DNA from: a virus
Taxonomy: Duplodnaviria > Caudoviricetes
IMG/VR virus record: IMGVR_UViG_3300024999_000149
Coordinates: 1 to 50,287 of that record
Reading direction: 5' to 3' (one strand)
Length of the DNA stretch: 50,287 bases
Below, piece after piece: positions 19,178 to 27,471 of the stretch (positions within the stretch are counted from its first letter, which is position 1; every line of letters starts with the position of its first letter). A program made the position numbers and the translations under genes. The notes beneath the pieces were generated by a model, which did no database searches, was not told the DNA's origin, and was given only the letters and a program-made list of their open reading frames with translations.

Positions 19178-20250
19178 ATCCTCTGCGATCTCATTCTCAT
19201 TCCCTGCGGCGGGCGGCATCTTATACAGTCATTGTCCTCCATTGACTTTGAAAGCCAGTCGATCATTACATTATACCTCTCAGCATAATAAGTTCTATTT
19301 TCGTTCAACTGTTCCATGCCTAAAAGTGTATAACGTGAAACTTCAGGTGATCCCATAATATAAGTAGTTAAAAACTCACCGGCCTTGTACCAAATTGCAT
19401 AAGCCATTGAGGCATCGATCTCGTTGTTTACAAAGTCGCTTTCGTCACGGCAGAAGTTGTCAAACACATCACAAACGAAGTTACCGTGAAGTATCATGCC
19501 CGAAGCCTTACTGTTTACAGTCCAGTCCTCACGGTCAGCCAAAACATCACCGTAAACACCACCGGCCATAATCCATTCTGTCCATAGTTCACGGCTCTGA
19601 CGAATACACGGGTCATTAACATCAAAGCACCACTTAAAGCCTCCGCAGTTGCACGTTAGTTTATTAGAATATGCACGCCCGACGGGAGCAATCAAAAGGT
19701 AATAGTTACGATCTAAGGTTAATTCAATAGGGGTTATTAAGGTCTTATTTGGCCTATCGGCAACTGAAGTAAGGGCAACAGTATGAAGCAGATCGTATTC
19801 GTCATAGATTTCAAGGTTGACCGCTTCGGTACTATCGAGTATCAAAGATACACCCCTCAAAATATACTTACCACCCTTTATATCAGAGTAAATTCGCATC
19901 CCGTAATAGGTGCTATCGGTAACAAGATCGGTTATTTTTTTACCACCAGTTGCATAACGGCCTCCAATGTCACCCGAAAAAGGACGACGCACGGGCTCTT
20001 TGTATTTCATTAAAGCCTGAACCAAATCCAGTTTAAACGCATTAATAGCATTCTCACGGGCTGCGGTCATCTTATCCCAGAGATCCTCACAGCCTCCCAG
20101 AGAGTCGAGAATACGAAGGCTCATGCCTTGTAATTCTGAGATATAAAGTCCACTGTCGCTTACGGCATACGATTCGTCCCAGTCATCGACACAGGCGCAC
20201 TCGGTCCGAGAAAATCCCACAACATTATAAAGGCAATTATAAATGCTCAT
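19174..20250 (-). CDS. Putative head-tail adaptor
   Basis: Likely ATG 20250 (MSIYNC); first gene after the capsid terminator. Confidence 0.55.
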   Translation of the reverse strand: MSIYNCLYNVVGFSRTECACVDDWDESYAVSDSGLYISELQGMSLRILDSLGGCEDLWDKMTAARENAINAFKLDLVQALMKYKEPVRRPFSGDIGGRYATGGKKITDLVTDSTYYGMRIYSDIKGGKYILRGVSLILDSTEAVNLEIYDEYDLLHTVALTSVADRPNKTLITPIELTLDRNYYLLIAPVGRAYSNKLTCNCGGFKWCFDVNDPCIRQSRELWTEWIMAGGVYGDVLADREDWTVNSKASGMILHGNFVCDVFDNFCRDESDFVNNEIDASMAYAIWYKAGEFLTTYIMGSPEVSRYTLLGMEQLNENRTYYAERYNVMIDWLSKSMEDNDCIRCRPPQGMRMRSQRI

Positions 20251-20330
20251 TTTGTCCTCCTTGCTCTTGGTTTGACAATAATTACCGGTTTCGGACGGCG
20301 GCCACAATTACACTTCTGTTCCATAACTTA

Positions 20331-20376
20331 AAAAGAAAGGATACCCAAAAATATGAATATCCTTCCTCGTTTCATT
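20331..20376 (-). terminator. Intrinsic terminator after the major capsid gene
   Basis: Minus strand AAGGATA...TATCCTT followed by TCTTTT. Confidence 0.65.
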
Positions 20377-20387
20377 AAATGTTACGT

Positions 20388-21404
20388 TTAAATTCCCGTA
20401 CCACAAGCAAAAGCTAATATACCCGTGTTATCCTCATCACACGGAGCAGGATTGACAGCAAACACACCGTGAAGCTGAATTTTTGAGGCAAGGTAAAACT
20501 CGTTGCTCTCGCAGGTCTCCTTAGTGATGATGTCGTAATACACACCCGGTATGTTCAGCGACGGCTCACTCCAAAGAGCGTAAACACCGGCTTCCTGCTG
20601 TGCATTGACAGGACCGAGAGGGTTCCATGCCTTATTGATGAACGCAGCAGCAGTTTTGTGCAGAAGGAACGTGTATCCCGGAGCGATTACTTCGACGTTC
20701 TCCGGGTCTTGGTACACTTTCTTAATCGTACCGATCTTTGACATAGCTGCCTTACCGGCATCGGTCATCGACTCGTGCATACGGTTAAAGACATACTGAA
20801 ACAGGTTCGTTCCGGTGATCATGTACGGGTCTTTGATTTTGTTCAACCTGTTTACAAGGTTGAAGTAACCCCAGATATTGTCATCCCAGAAATTCGCAGG
20901 GATAGTTGTCAACGCAGCAGCAACGGTTCCTATACCTGCGGTATAAGCATTAACACCTGCATTGGCAAGTATGCCAGTCAATATGTACTGAGCCAACCAC
21001 TCGTCGAGGGCTTTCTTATGCATCAGCATATTGAACATATACGACTTTTCGAACTCAATTGTCCGCTCGCGGTATGCCCGTTTAGGCATCTTGAAAGACG
21101 ACTCCTGAAGACATTCGATTTCGTATTCCTGGCACAGCGGATCAGCATCTTCACCTGTAATCGTACAGTCATCCGAGCAATCCGTGGTCGTGATATCGCA
21201 CTTCGACAGCCATTCGACTGACATGATGCGCTTCTTCTTTCCCGTGATAGGGGTCATGTTCACCTGTTGATTTTCGAGTACTGCCTTTGCACTTTCGACA
21301 TCGGCAATAGCATCAACGTTGGTCTGAGGATCAGTCCAATGCTGGTCGAGCATTCCCTGATAAGTGGCTAAAAAGCCGCAATCAATACTTCCTATTTGAC
21401 TCAT
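20388..21404 (-). CDS. Major capsid protein (putative)
   Basis: 338 aa, directly after the scaffold-like gene and followed by a terminator. Confidence 0.7.
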   Translation of the reverse strand: MSQIGSIDCGFLATYQGMLDQHWTDPQTNVDAIADVESAKAVLENQQVNMTPITGKKKRIMSVEWLSKCDITTTDCSDDCTITGEDADPLCQEYEIECLQESSFKMPKRAYRERTIEFEKSYMFNMLMHKKALDEWLAQYILTGILANAGVNAYTAGIGTVAAALTTIPANFWDDNIWGYFNLVNRLNKIKDPYMITGTNLFQYVFNRMHESMTDAGKAAMSKIGTIKKVYQDPENVEVIAPGYTFLLHKTAAAFINKAWNPLGPVNAQQEAGVYALWSEPSLNIPGVYYDIITKETCESNEFYLASKIQLHGVFAVNPAPCDEDNTGILAFACGTGI

Positions 21405-22258
21405 TTCGTTTTTGAATTTTCGTAAGACACCTTAATAGCTAATCGCTCTTCGGGGGTCTTAGCAGCCTTCAGTTGATCAAAGTATTCCTGACCATCCTTT
21501 GGAGGCTTAACTGGCGGCTTAGAGGGTTCGTTCTTGTTACCACTGGAACTGCGGTCATCAGCTGCCTTAAAGTCAAAATACCCACCGGCAGTATCACGTG
21601 CGAAATCTTCAAACGTGATCATGTGTCCGTGACTATCTTTAACCGGCTCGCCGTCCTTTATCATAATAAAGTCGCCGTCCTTTTCCTGGTAATCAAACAC
21701 TCGAAACTCTTCGATGTACTTTTCACGCCATCTCTGTGCTTTCTTTGCATCTTCCGGTAGTATGGGCCTCAGTCGGTCAAGTTCATCGAGGGCACGCTTT
21801 TCGATCTTCGACATAACAGAACGCTTTTGAAACTCACGCTCTTTGTCTTCAACCTTCTGCTGCCATTCTTTTTCTTTAACCTTTAATTGCTTTTCCCATT
21901 CGTGCTGATGCTTTAAAAACTCAGGATGTTTTGTAATGTCATCTGAAGTTCCTTTTACCTCTGTGATCTTCTCTGTGACAAGAAAATCAATAAGCTCAAC
22001 CCCTTCGAGTTCAGAGTCAATGTCATACTTATCCTTTACTGCCTTCTCAATCTTCGTTGCACCTTCCTTTATGCCACGCTTGTATTGATCAGTACCGTCG
22101 CCTTTCAGTTTCTTAATCCTGTCAGCATCGGCCTTTTCAGCTACGGTCAAATCGACTAACTCTCCGGCATCGTTGTAAAGGCTTGCCAGTTCCTCGGTGT
22201 CAATCTTTAAGGTTTTTGACAAAAACCCCTCCAGTTTCTTTTTTTCTTCTGGTGTCAT
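21401..22258 (-). CDS. Capsid scaffolding protein (putative)
   Basis: Highly charged coiled coil with low-complexity linker and short C-terminal helix. Confidence 0.7.
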   Translation of the reverse strand: MTPEEKKKLEGFLSKTLKIDTEELASLYNDAGELVDLTVAEKADADRIKKLKGDGTDQYKRGIKEGATKIEKAVKDKYDIDSELEGVELIDFLVTEKITEVKGTSDDITKHPEFLKHQHEWEKQLKVKEKEWQQKVEDKEREFQKRSVMSKIEKRALDELDRLRPILPEDAKKAQRWREKYIEEFRVFDYQEKDGDFIMIKDGEPVKDSHGHMITFEDFARDTAGGYFDFKAADDRSSSGNKNEPSKPPVKPPKDGQEYFDQLKAAKTPEERLAIKVSYENSKTK

Positions 22259-22447
22259 TTATTTTGATTTAGTGATCTTCTTTACTTCAGGCTTTAACTC
22301 AGGCTTTAAAATCACCGGAGCCTTAGTCATCATAGGTTTCATGTCCCGCACTTTGTATTTTCGTTTGCGTTCAGGGTCAAGTCCCTCCCAAGCATCGTCG
22401 GAAAGAAACTGAACCTTGCCTGTTTTCTTCGAGGTCAGCTCTTTCAT
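22259..22447 (-). CDS. Small basic Pro/Lys-rich protein
   Basis: 62 aa, coupled to neighbours. Confidence 0.6.
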   Translation of the reverse strand: MKELTSKKTGKVQFLSDDAWEGLDPERKRKYKVRDMKPMMTKAPVILKPELKPEVKKITKSK

Positions 22448-22779
22448 TTCTTTTTGCGCTTTATAGGTGCTTTCTTGATGACCGGCTTTTCAGTAATAGG
22501 ATCACCCGTTACGTCTGGGACATTTGCCTTAACCTCTACGGCTGCGGGATCGCCCTCAGTCACTTCAGGTAATTTAACCTCAGGAACTGCCTTTAACGGA
22601 GGCTTTATGATAACCGGCTTCATTGTCGGCTTAATCAGAGGCTTTGAGAGTTCGATAGGCTTTGTGAGCTTCAGTTCTTCTTCACTGATTGCCCCGTAAA
22701 AACGCTTCGCAACCTTGAAAGCAGCGGCACTCAATGTAATTGACTTGCCGTTAATGATACATTTTACCTTATCTGCCAT
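22444..22779 (-). CDS. Basic Pro/Lys-rich protein
   Basis: 111 aa with KP(I/L/V)IK and VT(E)GDP repeats. Confidence 0.65.
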   Translation of the reverse strand: MADKVKCIINGKSITLSAAAFKVAKRFYGAISEEELKLTKPIELSKPLIKPTMKPVIIKPPLKAVPEVKLPEVTEGDPAAVEVKANVPDVTGDPITEKPVIKKAPIKRKKK

Positions 22780-22860
22780 AATAATTATGTTATTCGGACG
22801 TAAAGGTATGAATATCTTTTTATATTAATATCATTTTATCTGTTATTTTTTAAACACAAT

Positions 22861-22890
22861 AATAAAGCCCCGAATATTGGAGGCTTTATT
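22861..22890 (-). terminator. Hairpin/terminator closing the TIGR-Tas cassette
   Basis: AATAAAGCC...GGCTTTATT inverted repeat abutting the last array repeat. Confidence 0.7.
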
Positions 22891-23076
22891 TTCACTAAAT
22901 GGCAATGGTTATCCTGATAATGGTGGTTCACTTCTGCTTTCTGGCTGTCTTCTCACTTATGATTCACTTTGGCGATATATGTATCTTCCGCTTCATGATT
23001 CACTTGCATATTTTGGGTATCTTAAGGCTAGTGGTTCATTTTCTCAGTTTGGTTGTATTATATGGAATGATTAAAA
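22888..23076 (-). ncRNA. TIGR-like array, downstream block: 5 x 36-nt units
   Basis: Plus-strand TGRTTCAYT-type repeats at 22888, 22924, 22960, 22996, 23032, 23068 alternate with TGGKTRTCT-type repeats at 22906, 22942, 22978, 23014, 23050; unique 9-nt spacers; exact 18/36 periodicity. Confidence 0.9.
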
Positions 23077-24015
23077 TATCCAACCTCTTTCCTCCGGCCT
23101 GATAATTCCGGTATGACCTAACTTTTCTTCAACATAAAGTGCAGCCGTCGGCAAACCTTCAAACGTTCTCCACACGTACCAGAAGTCAGCAAGAAAATGC
23201 TTTATCAATTTGCGAATTGCAGCGCCGTGTCTGTGGCAAGGCTTAGCATCACACCAACGGCACTCAATAAGTTTGCCCTGCGTGTTCCTGGATTTAACAA
23301 TCTTATGAGAGGCTTCAAGTTTTGTCTTTTCAGCATCGTACACATCACGGTAAACGGCACGGGTTTTAATCATGCTGTCTGCCATTGTATAAAGCACTGT
23401 TCTCAATGTCTTATTGCCGCCTCCTGCTTCTCCTTTGGTGTACCTCTCATGTGAGGGCTTGTCAAGTCCAACGTAGCACCACAAAGATGATGCGTACTCA
23501 GCCTTTGTGATGTCAATGTAAACAAGTAGGTATGCAACGGTCATTGCACCTAATCCCTTAATCTGAAGTGCAGCCTGAATAATAGGCATATCAAGACCTT
23601 TGATATACTTCTCAATCCTCCGGCCCTGTTTGCCTAACTGACTGTCGGCCTCTTTCAACTGAAGTTTAAGCCACTTTTCAGTTGTTGCATCCATCTGATC
23701 CGTTCCACGTTTTGCGGCAAGCATACGGTTATTAATGGAGTTTACGAGTTTTCTGATCTGTTCCCGACCGTCAATCAGGACTTTCAGTTCAGTCATCTCA
23801 GGTGTGCGTTCACGGTAAATGAAGTGCCGTTTCATGTGTTCAACCGGATCAAGTACACGGCTGTTTTCGTCGGTATAAATACCTCCTTTAGCTTTTGGCA
23901 CAATACGGTCAGTATCATACATCCTCGGCATTTCTGCCAGTGCTACATCAGACAGTGCGCACTTGCCGTTCTGTCTCGTCTTGGTTCTTTCTTTTAATGC
24001 TTCTTTCATTGTCAC
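23071..24015 (-). CDS. tasH: TasH-like protein: degenerate HNH + coiled coil + Nop/IS110 C-terminal RNA-binding domain
   Basis: N-terminal DRIVPKAKGG.....N...L....H...H; C-terminal IKGLG..T.A.LL..ID.......SSLW.YVGL...GNKTLRT.L...H..A.RK..K.FL...W; no DEDD RuvC; flanked by 36-nt arrays. Start GTG 24015 or ATG 24009. Confidence 0.85.
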   Translation of the reverse strand: MTMKEALKERTKTRQNGKCALSDVALAEMPRMYDTDRIVPKAKGGIYTDENSRVLDPVEHMKRHFIYRERTPEMTELKVLIDGREQIRKLVNSINNRMLAAKRGTDQMDATTEKWLKLQLKEADSQLGKQGRRIEKYIKGLDMPIIQAALQIKGLGAMTVAYLLVYIDITKAEYASSLWCYVGLDKPSHERYTKGEAGGGNKTLRTVLYTMADSMIKTRAVYRDVYDAEKTKLEASHKIVKSRNTQGKLIECRWCDAKPCHRHGAAIRKLIKHFLADFWYVWRTFEGLPTAALYVEEKLGHTGIIRPEERGWIF

Positions 24016-24044
24016 TCTTTTTAGTTAATAATCACTTAAAATAA

Positions 24045-24413
24045 TAGATCACTCTCGTGATATGGTTATCTTATGATTGTTGGTTCACTATTCGTTAATA
24101 GTTATCTTATCACTCATGGTTCATTTTCGTTTTCTGGTTGTCTTATTGTCGATAATTCATTTGTGACCATTGGATGTCTTTTGTACCGTGGCTCACTTCA
24201 ATTCATTGATTGATTTATTTCACATGATTCACTTCCGACTACTGATTGATTTGTAGGCTATGGTTCACTTAACATTAATGGTTGTCTTCATGCTAATGAT
24301 TCACTTTTGACACATGGGTATCTAATTTATAATGGTTCATTTTTCATTAATGAATGTCTTAAAACCGGTAATTCATTTACGCATCATGGATGTCTTTCGG
24401 CCTGTAATTCAAA
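24045..24413 (-). ncRNA. TIGR-like array, upstream block: 10 x 36-nt units
   Basis: Edge-type repeats every 36 nt from 24045 to 24405 (consensus TGGTTCACT; RNA AGUGAACCA) and loop-type repeats every 36 nt from 24063 to 24387 (consensus TGGTTGTCT; RNA AGACAACCA); 20 unique 9-nt spacers; no indels. Confidence 0.92.
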
Positions 24414-24415
24414 GA

Positions 24416-24520
24416 ACAACCCCGAAAAACTATGCGACGGGAGAGTGACCAGACCGAAGATAATTAAACGGGGTGTTTATATTTTACCCTTAAATTGTCA
24501 CTTTTTGAATGTCAAATTAA
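24416..24520 (-). promoter_or_regulatory. Leader of the TIGR-Tas cassette: near-consensus -7 box (TTAATTTG, 24513-24520) and CCCCG/CGGGG-closed hairpin
   Basis: Inverted repeat 24416-24424 versus 24469-24476; AT-rich upstream region. Confidence 0.5.
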
Positions 24521-24558
24521 CACATTTATTTCAAATGCAAACTTTTGTGTGATTTTTT

Positions 24559-24708
24559 TTACTCAGGCTCGTAATCCAGTCCGCTGCCCTCACTGTCTAT
24601 TGACTGGATCATGTATTCACTCATAACGTACAGCACCTCTTCTTTGGTGTAAGTCGCCTTATCGCCCCACGTACTCTCAAGTACCTCCTTCGGATTTTTG
24701 TCTTTCAT
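24559..24708 (-). CDS. Small acidic hypothetical protein (49 aa)
   Basis: MKDKNPKEVLESTWGD...LDYEPE*, translated by hand; below the ORF-track cutoff. Confidence 0.5.
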   Translation of the reverse strand: MKDKNPKEVLESTWGDKATYTKEEVLYVMSEYMIQSIDSEGSGLDYEPE

Positions 24709-25654
24709 TTTGTGCTTTTATCATTCGTTCTGCAATACTATCCAAAAGCCAACCAATGTAATGACGGCAGTTGTAGCCGCCCCGGTCAGTAATAGGATCG
24801 TAACCCGGATAATTCAAATACGACGGCACAGCACTCTGATCCTTTTGTTTAACTTTATACCCCGCAGGATATACACCCTGATCAGGCGTCCACGTGCGCC
24901 ACTTTTCGGCATCCTCTTTTTTGAATATCTTACCGAGGTTTGCGACACAAAAATCTCTGCTATCCTTTACGATGCTGCCCTGATAAATAAAGTAGTTCAT
25001 TCCGGTTTCGTCAGCCAACGCAGTTGCATAGGCAGAATCGTACTGCATATAAACGTCGTGAGCAAAACGGTTGAATTGCTTTTCTATGCCTCCTGGTTTC
25101 ACGTCGTCACCCACAATCAATGTATTCAGACCTTTAATGTAGTCCTTCATCGGGAACTGACCCGTTACTGCCTGAGCCGTGAACTGCTTTACATCCAAAA
25201 GTAAGTTCTCATTCTTTATAAGTGTCTCGAAGAACCCTCCTGAAACGATCTTACCGCCTTCAAGTCCTAACCTCATGCCGATTTTCTTTGCAGCGTTCTC
25301 AGCGACCTTAGTAAATAACTCAGGCGTTTCCAATCCCATCATCACCTCGAAGTAAGTGACGTTTGCCTTCGTTATCCCTGCAACCGTACCGCCGACCTCT
25401 TTAACAAACGGTATCCTCTGACCTTTCTGAAAGTCTGAATAAACTTTGTCAAGTGCAGCCAGTAGCCGGTAGTTCTTTAGAGTGTTGCGGATCCTACCGT
25501 TTGACATATCCAATTGCGGGATGATCTCAGCCGTCACCTTTGAGATAAGCATATCCTGCATCTTGCGGATAGTCTTGTTCAGGCTTGTTTCGCTTGACAA
25601 AAGATACTGCTCTTTCTTATTCAGTAATTCCGATATTCTTTTCGGCAGCTTCAT
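24677..25654 (-). CDS. Minor capsid/head morphogenesis protein (gpF/gp7-like)
   Basis: Y.G.....SRDFC and GGYNCRH motifs. Confidence 0.8.
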   Translation of the reverse strand: MKLPKRISELLNKKEQYLLSSETSLNKTIRKMQDMLISKVTAEIIPQLDMSNGRIRNTLKNYRLLAALDKVYSDFQKGQRIPFVKEVGGTVAGITKANVTYFEVMMGLETPELFTKVAENAAKKIGMRLGLEGGKIVSGGFFETLIKNENLLLDVKQFTAQAVTGQFPMKDYIKGLNTLIVGDDVKPGGIEKQFNRFAHDVYMQYDSAYATALADETGMNYFIYQGSIVKDSRDFCVANLGKIFKKEDAEKWRTWTPDQGVYPAGYKVKQKDQSAVPSYLNYPGYDPITDRGGYNCRHYIGWLLDSIAERMIKAQNERQKSEGGT

Positions 25655-25884
25655 TTATTCGGCTTATAAAACTGTTTTTTTAATCTTGAATATGTTGCCA
25701 TTGCGCTTTCGATATTAAAGTCCTCAATGCAAAGGTACTTGAAATAACTGTAAATCGACTGTTCAATAGTTATTGCCGGAACAATGCTTCTCTGAGCCTC
25801 GACCCAAAAGTAAAGTGCAATATCTTCGAATGCCCATCGATAGATACTCTCAATTGTTCCTATGTAACCTTTTTTGCGAGGCAT
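25651..25884 (-). CDS. Hypothetical protein
   Basis: 77 aa, coupled to the next gene. Confidence 0.6.
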   Translation of the reverse strand: MPRKKGYIGTIESIYRWAFEDIALYFWVEAQRSIVPAITIEQSIYSYFKYLCIEDFNIESAMATYSRLKKQFYKPNK

Positions 25885-26512
25885 GAGTGTAACGTGTTCT
25901 TAATTTACGATCCGTTTTTACAAGTGTCTGCGAAGTGATATGGTCAACTTGAACGGCACATATTAACCAGTGTTCAATCTTTGCAGCCTTTAGTTGTTCG
26001 GCATGAACGTTGTCAGAATACCAAAACTCATAGTATTCATCCAACTTGTCTATTTTTGTCCAAATGTCTTTGTGCTGAAATATACACCAGCCCGTAAAGA
26101 ATAAGCCGATATTATAACCCTTGTAAGCGTTGTAGCCTTTAGTTAAGTGACGGTGCTGAAGAGCACTACTCAAAGCTGAGGCCGAAAGGATTTCGTTCTC
26201 TTGCATGATACCGCCTATCTCTGACCAGCCTTTGTGAAATATCAGATCGTTGTTTGCCAGGATTTGAATATCACCGGTGCGGTGCTTTAAGCCTTCGTTT
26301 AAGCAACGGTTGTAATTGAACGGCCCGGTAAAAAGTATATAATTGTTTACCCCTCGGTAACGTGCCCTTGCAAAAGTCTCGATTAAAATAACGTTCACGT
26401 CAGCCCCGTCAGCTAAACAACTGTCAATAGCCCGTTGGGTCATCTCTATAAGTGACCTGTCCCGTGAGGCGACGACCATTATTAAATCGTACTTCATTTT
26501 TTCTTTAACCAA
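25850..26512 (-). CDS. Glycosyltransferase family 2-like
   Basis: FNYNRCLNEG, ANNDLIF, FWYSDN, V.HI.SQT motifs. Confidence 0.8.
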   Translation of the reverse strand: MVKEKMKYDLIMVVASRDRSLIEMTQRAIDSCLADGADVNVILIETFARARYRGVNNYILFTGPFNYNRCLNEGLKHRTGDIQILANNDLIFHKGWSEIGGIMQENEILSASALSSALQHRHLTKGYNAYKGYNIGLFFTGWCIFQHKDIWTKIDKLDEYYEFWYSDNVHAEQLKAAKIEHWLICAVQVDHITSQTLVKTDRKLRTRYTHASQKRLHRNN

Positions 26513-26615
26513 TCACGAATATAAAGCCACGAAATAAACAATCCGCTAACTGCACCCACGCAAATAAAAAGCAATAAACCAATTTTTAACAAAACCCATA
26601 TAACTGCTTCCATAC

Positions 26616-27236
26616 TCAAAAGATATAAACGTTCCCCGGTGTTGACTGGTTTAATCCTATGTGCTTCATGGCATAGTCCTTTAAATAGCACGGAGGACAG
26701 TCCCTTGTACGATAAAAGCCTCCGATTGAATAGTCACCTTGCTTTAAATGAACAAAGTCGTCACAGAGCATCTTAACGTACTTCGTAGGAGCAAGCTGAA
26801 ACGCACCTCCGGTGTGAGAAACGTATTCAACATTCAATCCTCCGACAACTCGTTTCTTTAGTATGTTCGGGTAAAAGTTAGGATCAATCAAAAGGTCAGG
26901 CGGCGAAACAGCATGAGGACCGGATTCTTCAATGAACTTTACCATCTTTGCGATTAAATCCTCTGTGACAGTTTCAACATCGTTGTCAAGTTTCAGGATG
27001 TAGTCGTATTCCAAAAGGTTCATCACTCCATAATAAAACGCTGCGGCTATGCCTTCGTTCTTGCCTAACTCAATCCGGTCACGATCTTTGAGCCATTCCA
27101 AAGTTCCGTCCGTCGATCCGTTGTCAACAAATAGATGAAAGTCAACTCCGGTCTTACTCTCGAAACTCTCTATTGTCCGCTTCGTTAAATCAAGGCGATT
27201 GTAGGTTATTGTTACTGCGGCAACTGTTTTGCTCAT
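26616..27236 (-). CDS. Glycosyltransferase family 2
   Basis: ITYNRL, VDNGSTDGT, N.GIA, KLDND motifs. Confidence 0.88.
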   Translation of the reverse strand: MSKTVAAVTITYNRLDLTKRTIESFESKTGVDFHLFVDNGSTDGTLEWLKDRDRIELGKNEGIAAAFYYGVMNLLEYDYILKLDNDVETVTEDLIAKMVKFIEESGPHAVSPPDLLIDPNFYPNILKKRVVGGLNVEYVSHTGGAFQLAPTKYVKMLCDDFVHLKQGDYSIGGFYRTRDCPPCYLKDYAMKHIGLNQSTPGNVYIF

Positions 27237-27237
27237 A

Positions 27238-27456
27238 CTACATTCTATTCAGTGATAATAAATAATTTGTTACTAATTTCATCTTATCTACTCCACCCGC
27301 CTTTACGAAATCCACGGTAAAATTATTTATTTGACTAATGGGATCATCCCCGAATCCCTCAATCTTTAACCATTCTTCACCCTCTTTAGGAAATAATATT
27401 GTTATTCCCTCCCCATCAATGATAAGTTTTCCGTTTTCATCTTTTGTAATTTTCAT
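27238..27456 (-). CDS. Hypothetical protein
   Basis: 72-aa AT-rich ORF between glycosyltransferases. Confidence 0.55.
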   Translation of the reverse strand: MKITKDENGKLIIDGEGITILFPKEGEEWLKIEGFGDDPISQINNFTVDFVKAGGVDKMKLVTNYLLSLNRM

Positions 27457-27471
27457 GTTCTTAGTTTTTAG

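Noticed and set aside
22877-23102. Plus-strand ORFs 22877-23074 and 22899-23102
   Set aside because: Shadow ORFs over the 36-nt periodic array, antisense to the whole genome.
23071-24015. IS110-family transposase / insertion sequence
   Set aside because: No N-terminal DEDD RuvC domain and no SG catalytic-serine loop after the GL motif; an HNH-like N-terminus and dual-repeat arrays fit Tas instead.
22888-24413. CRISPR array
   Set aside because: Repeats and spacers are only 9 nt, two repeat types alternate, and no cas genes are present.
24307-24552. Plus-strand 81-aa ORF
   Set aside because: Overlaps the array and leader; its periodic residues come from the repeats.
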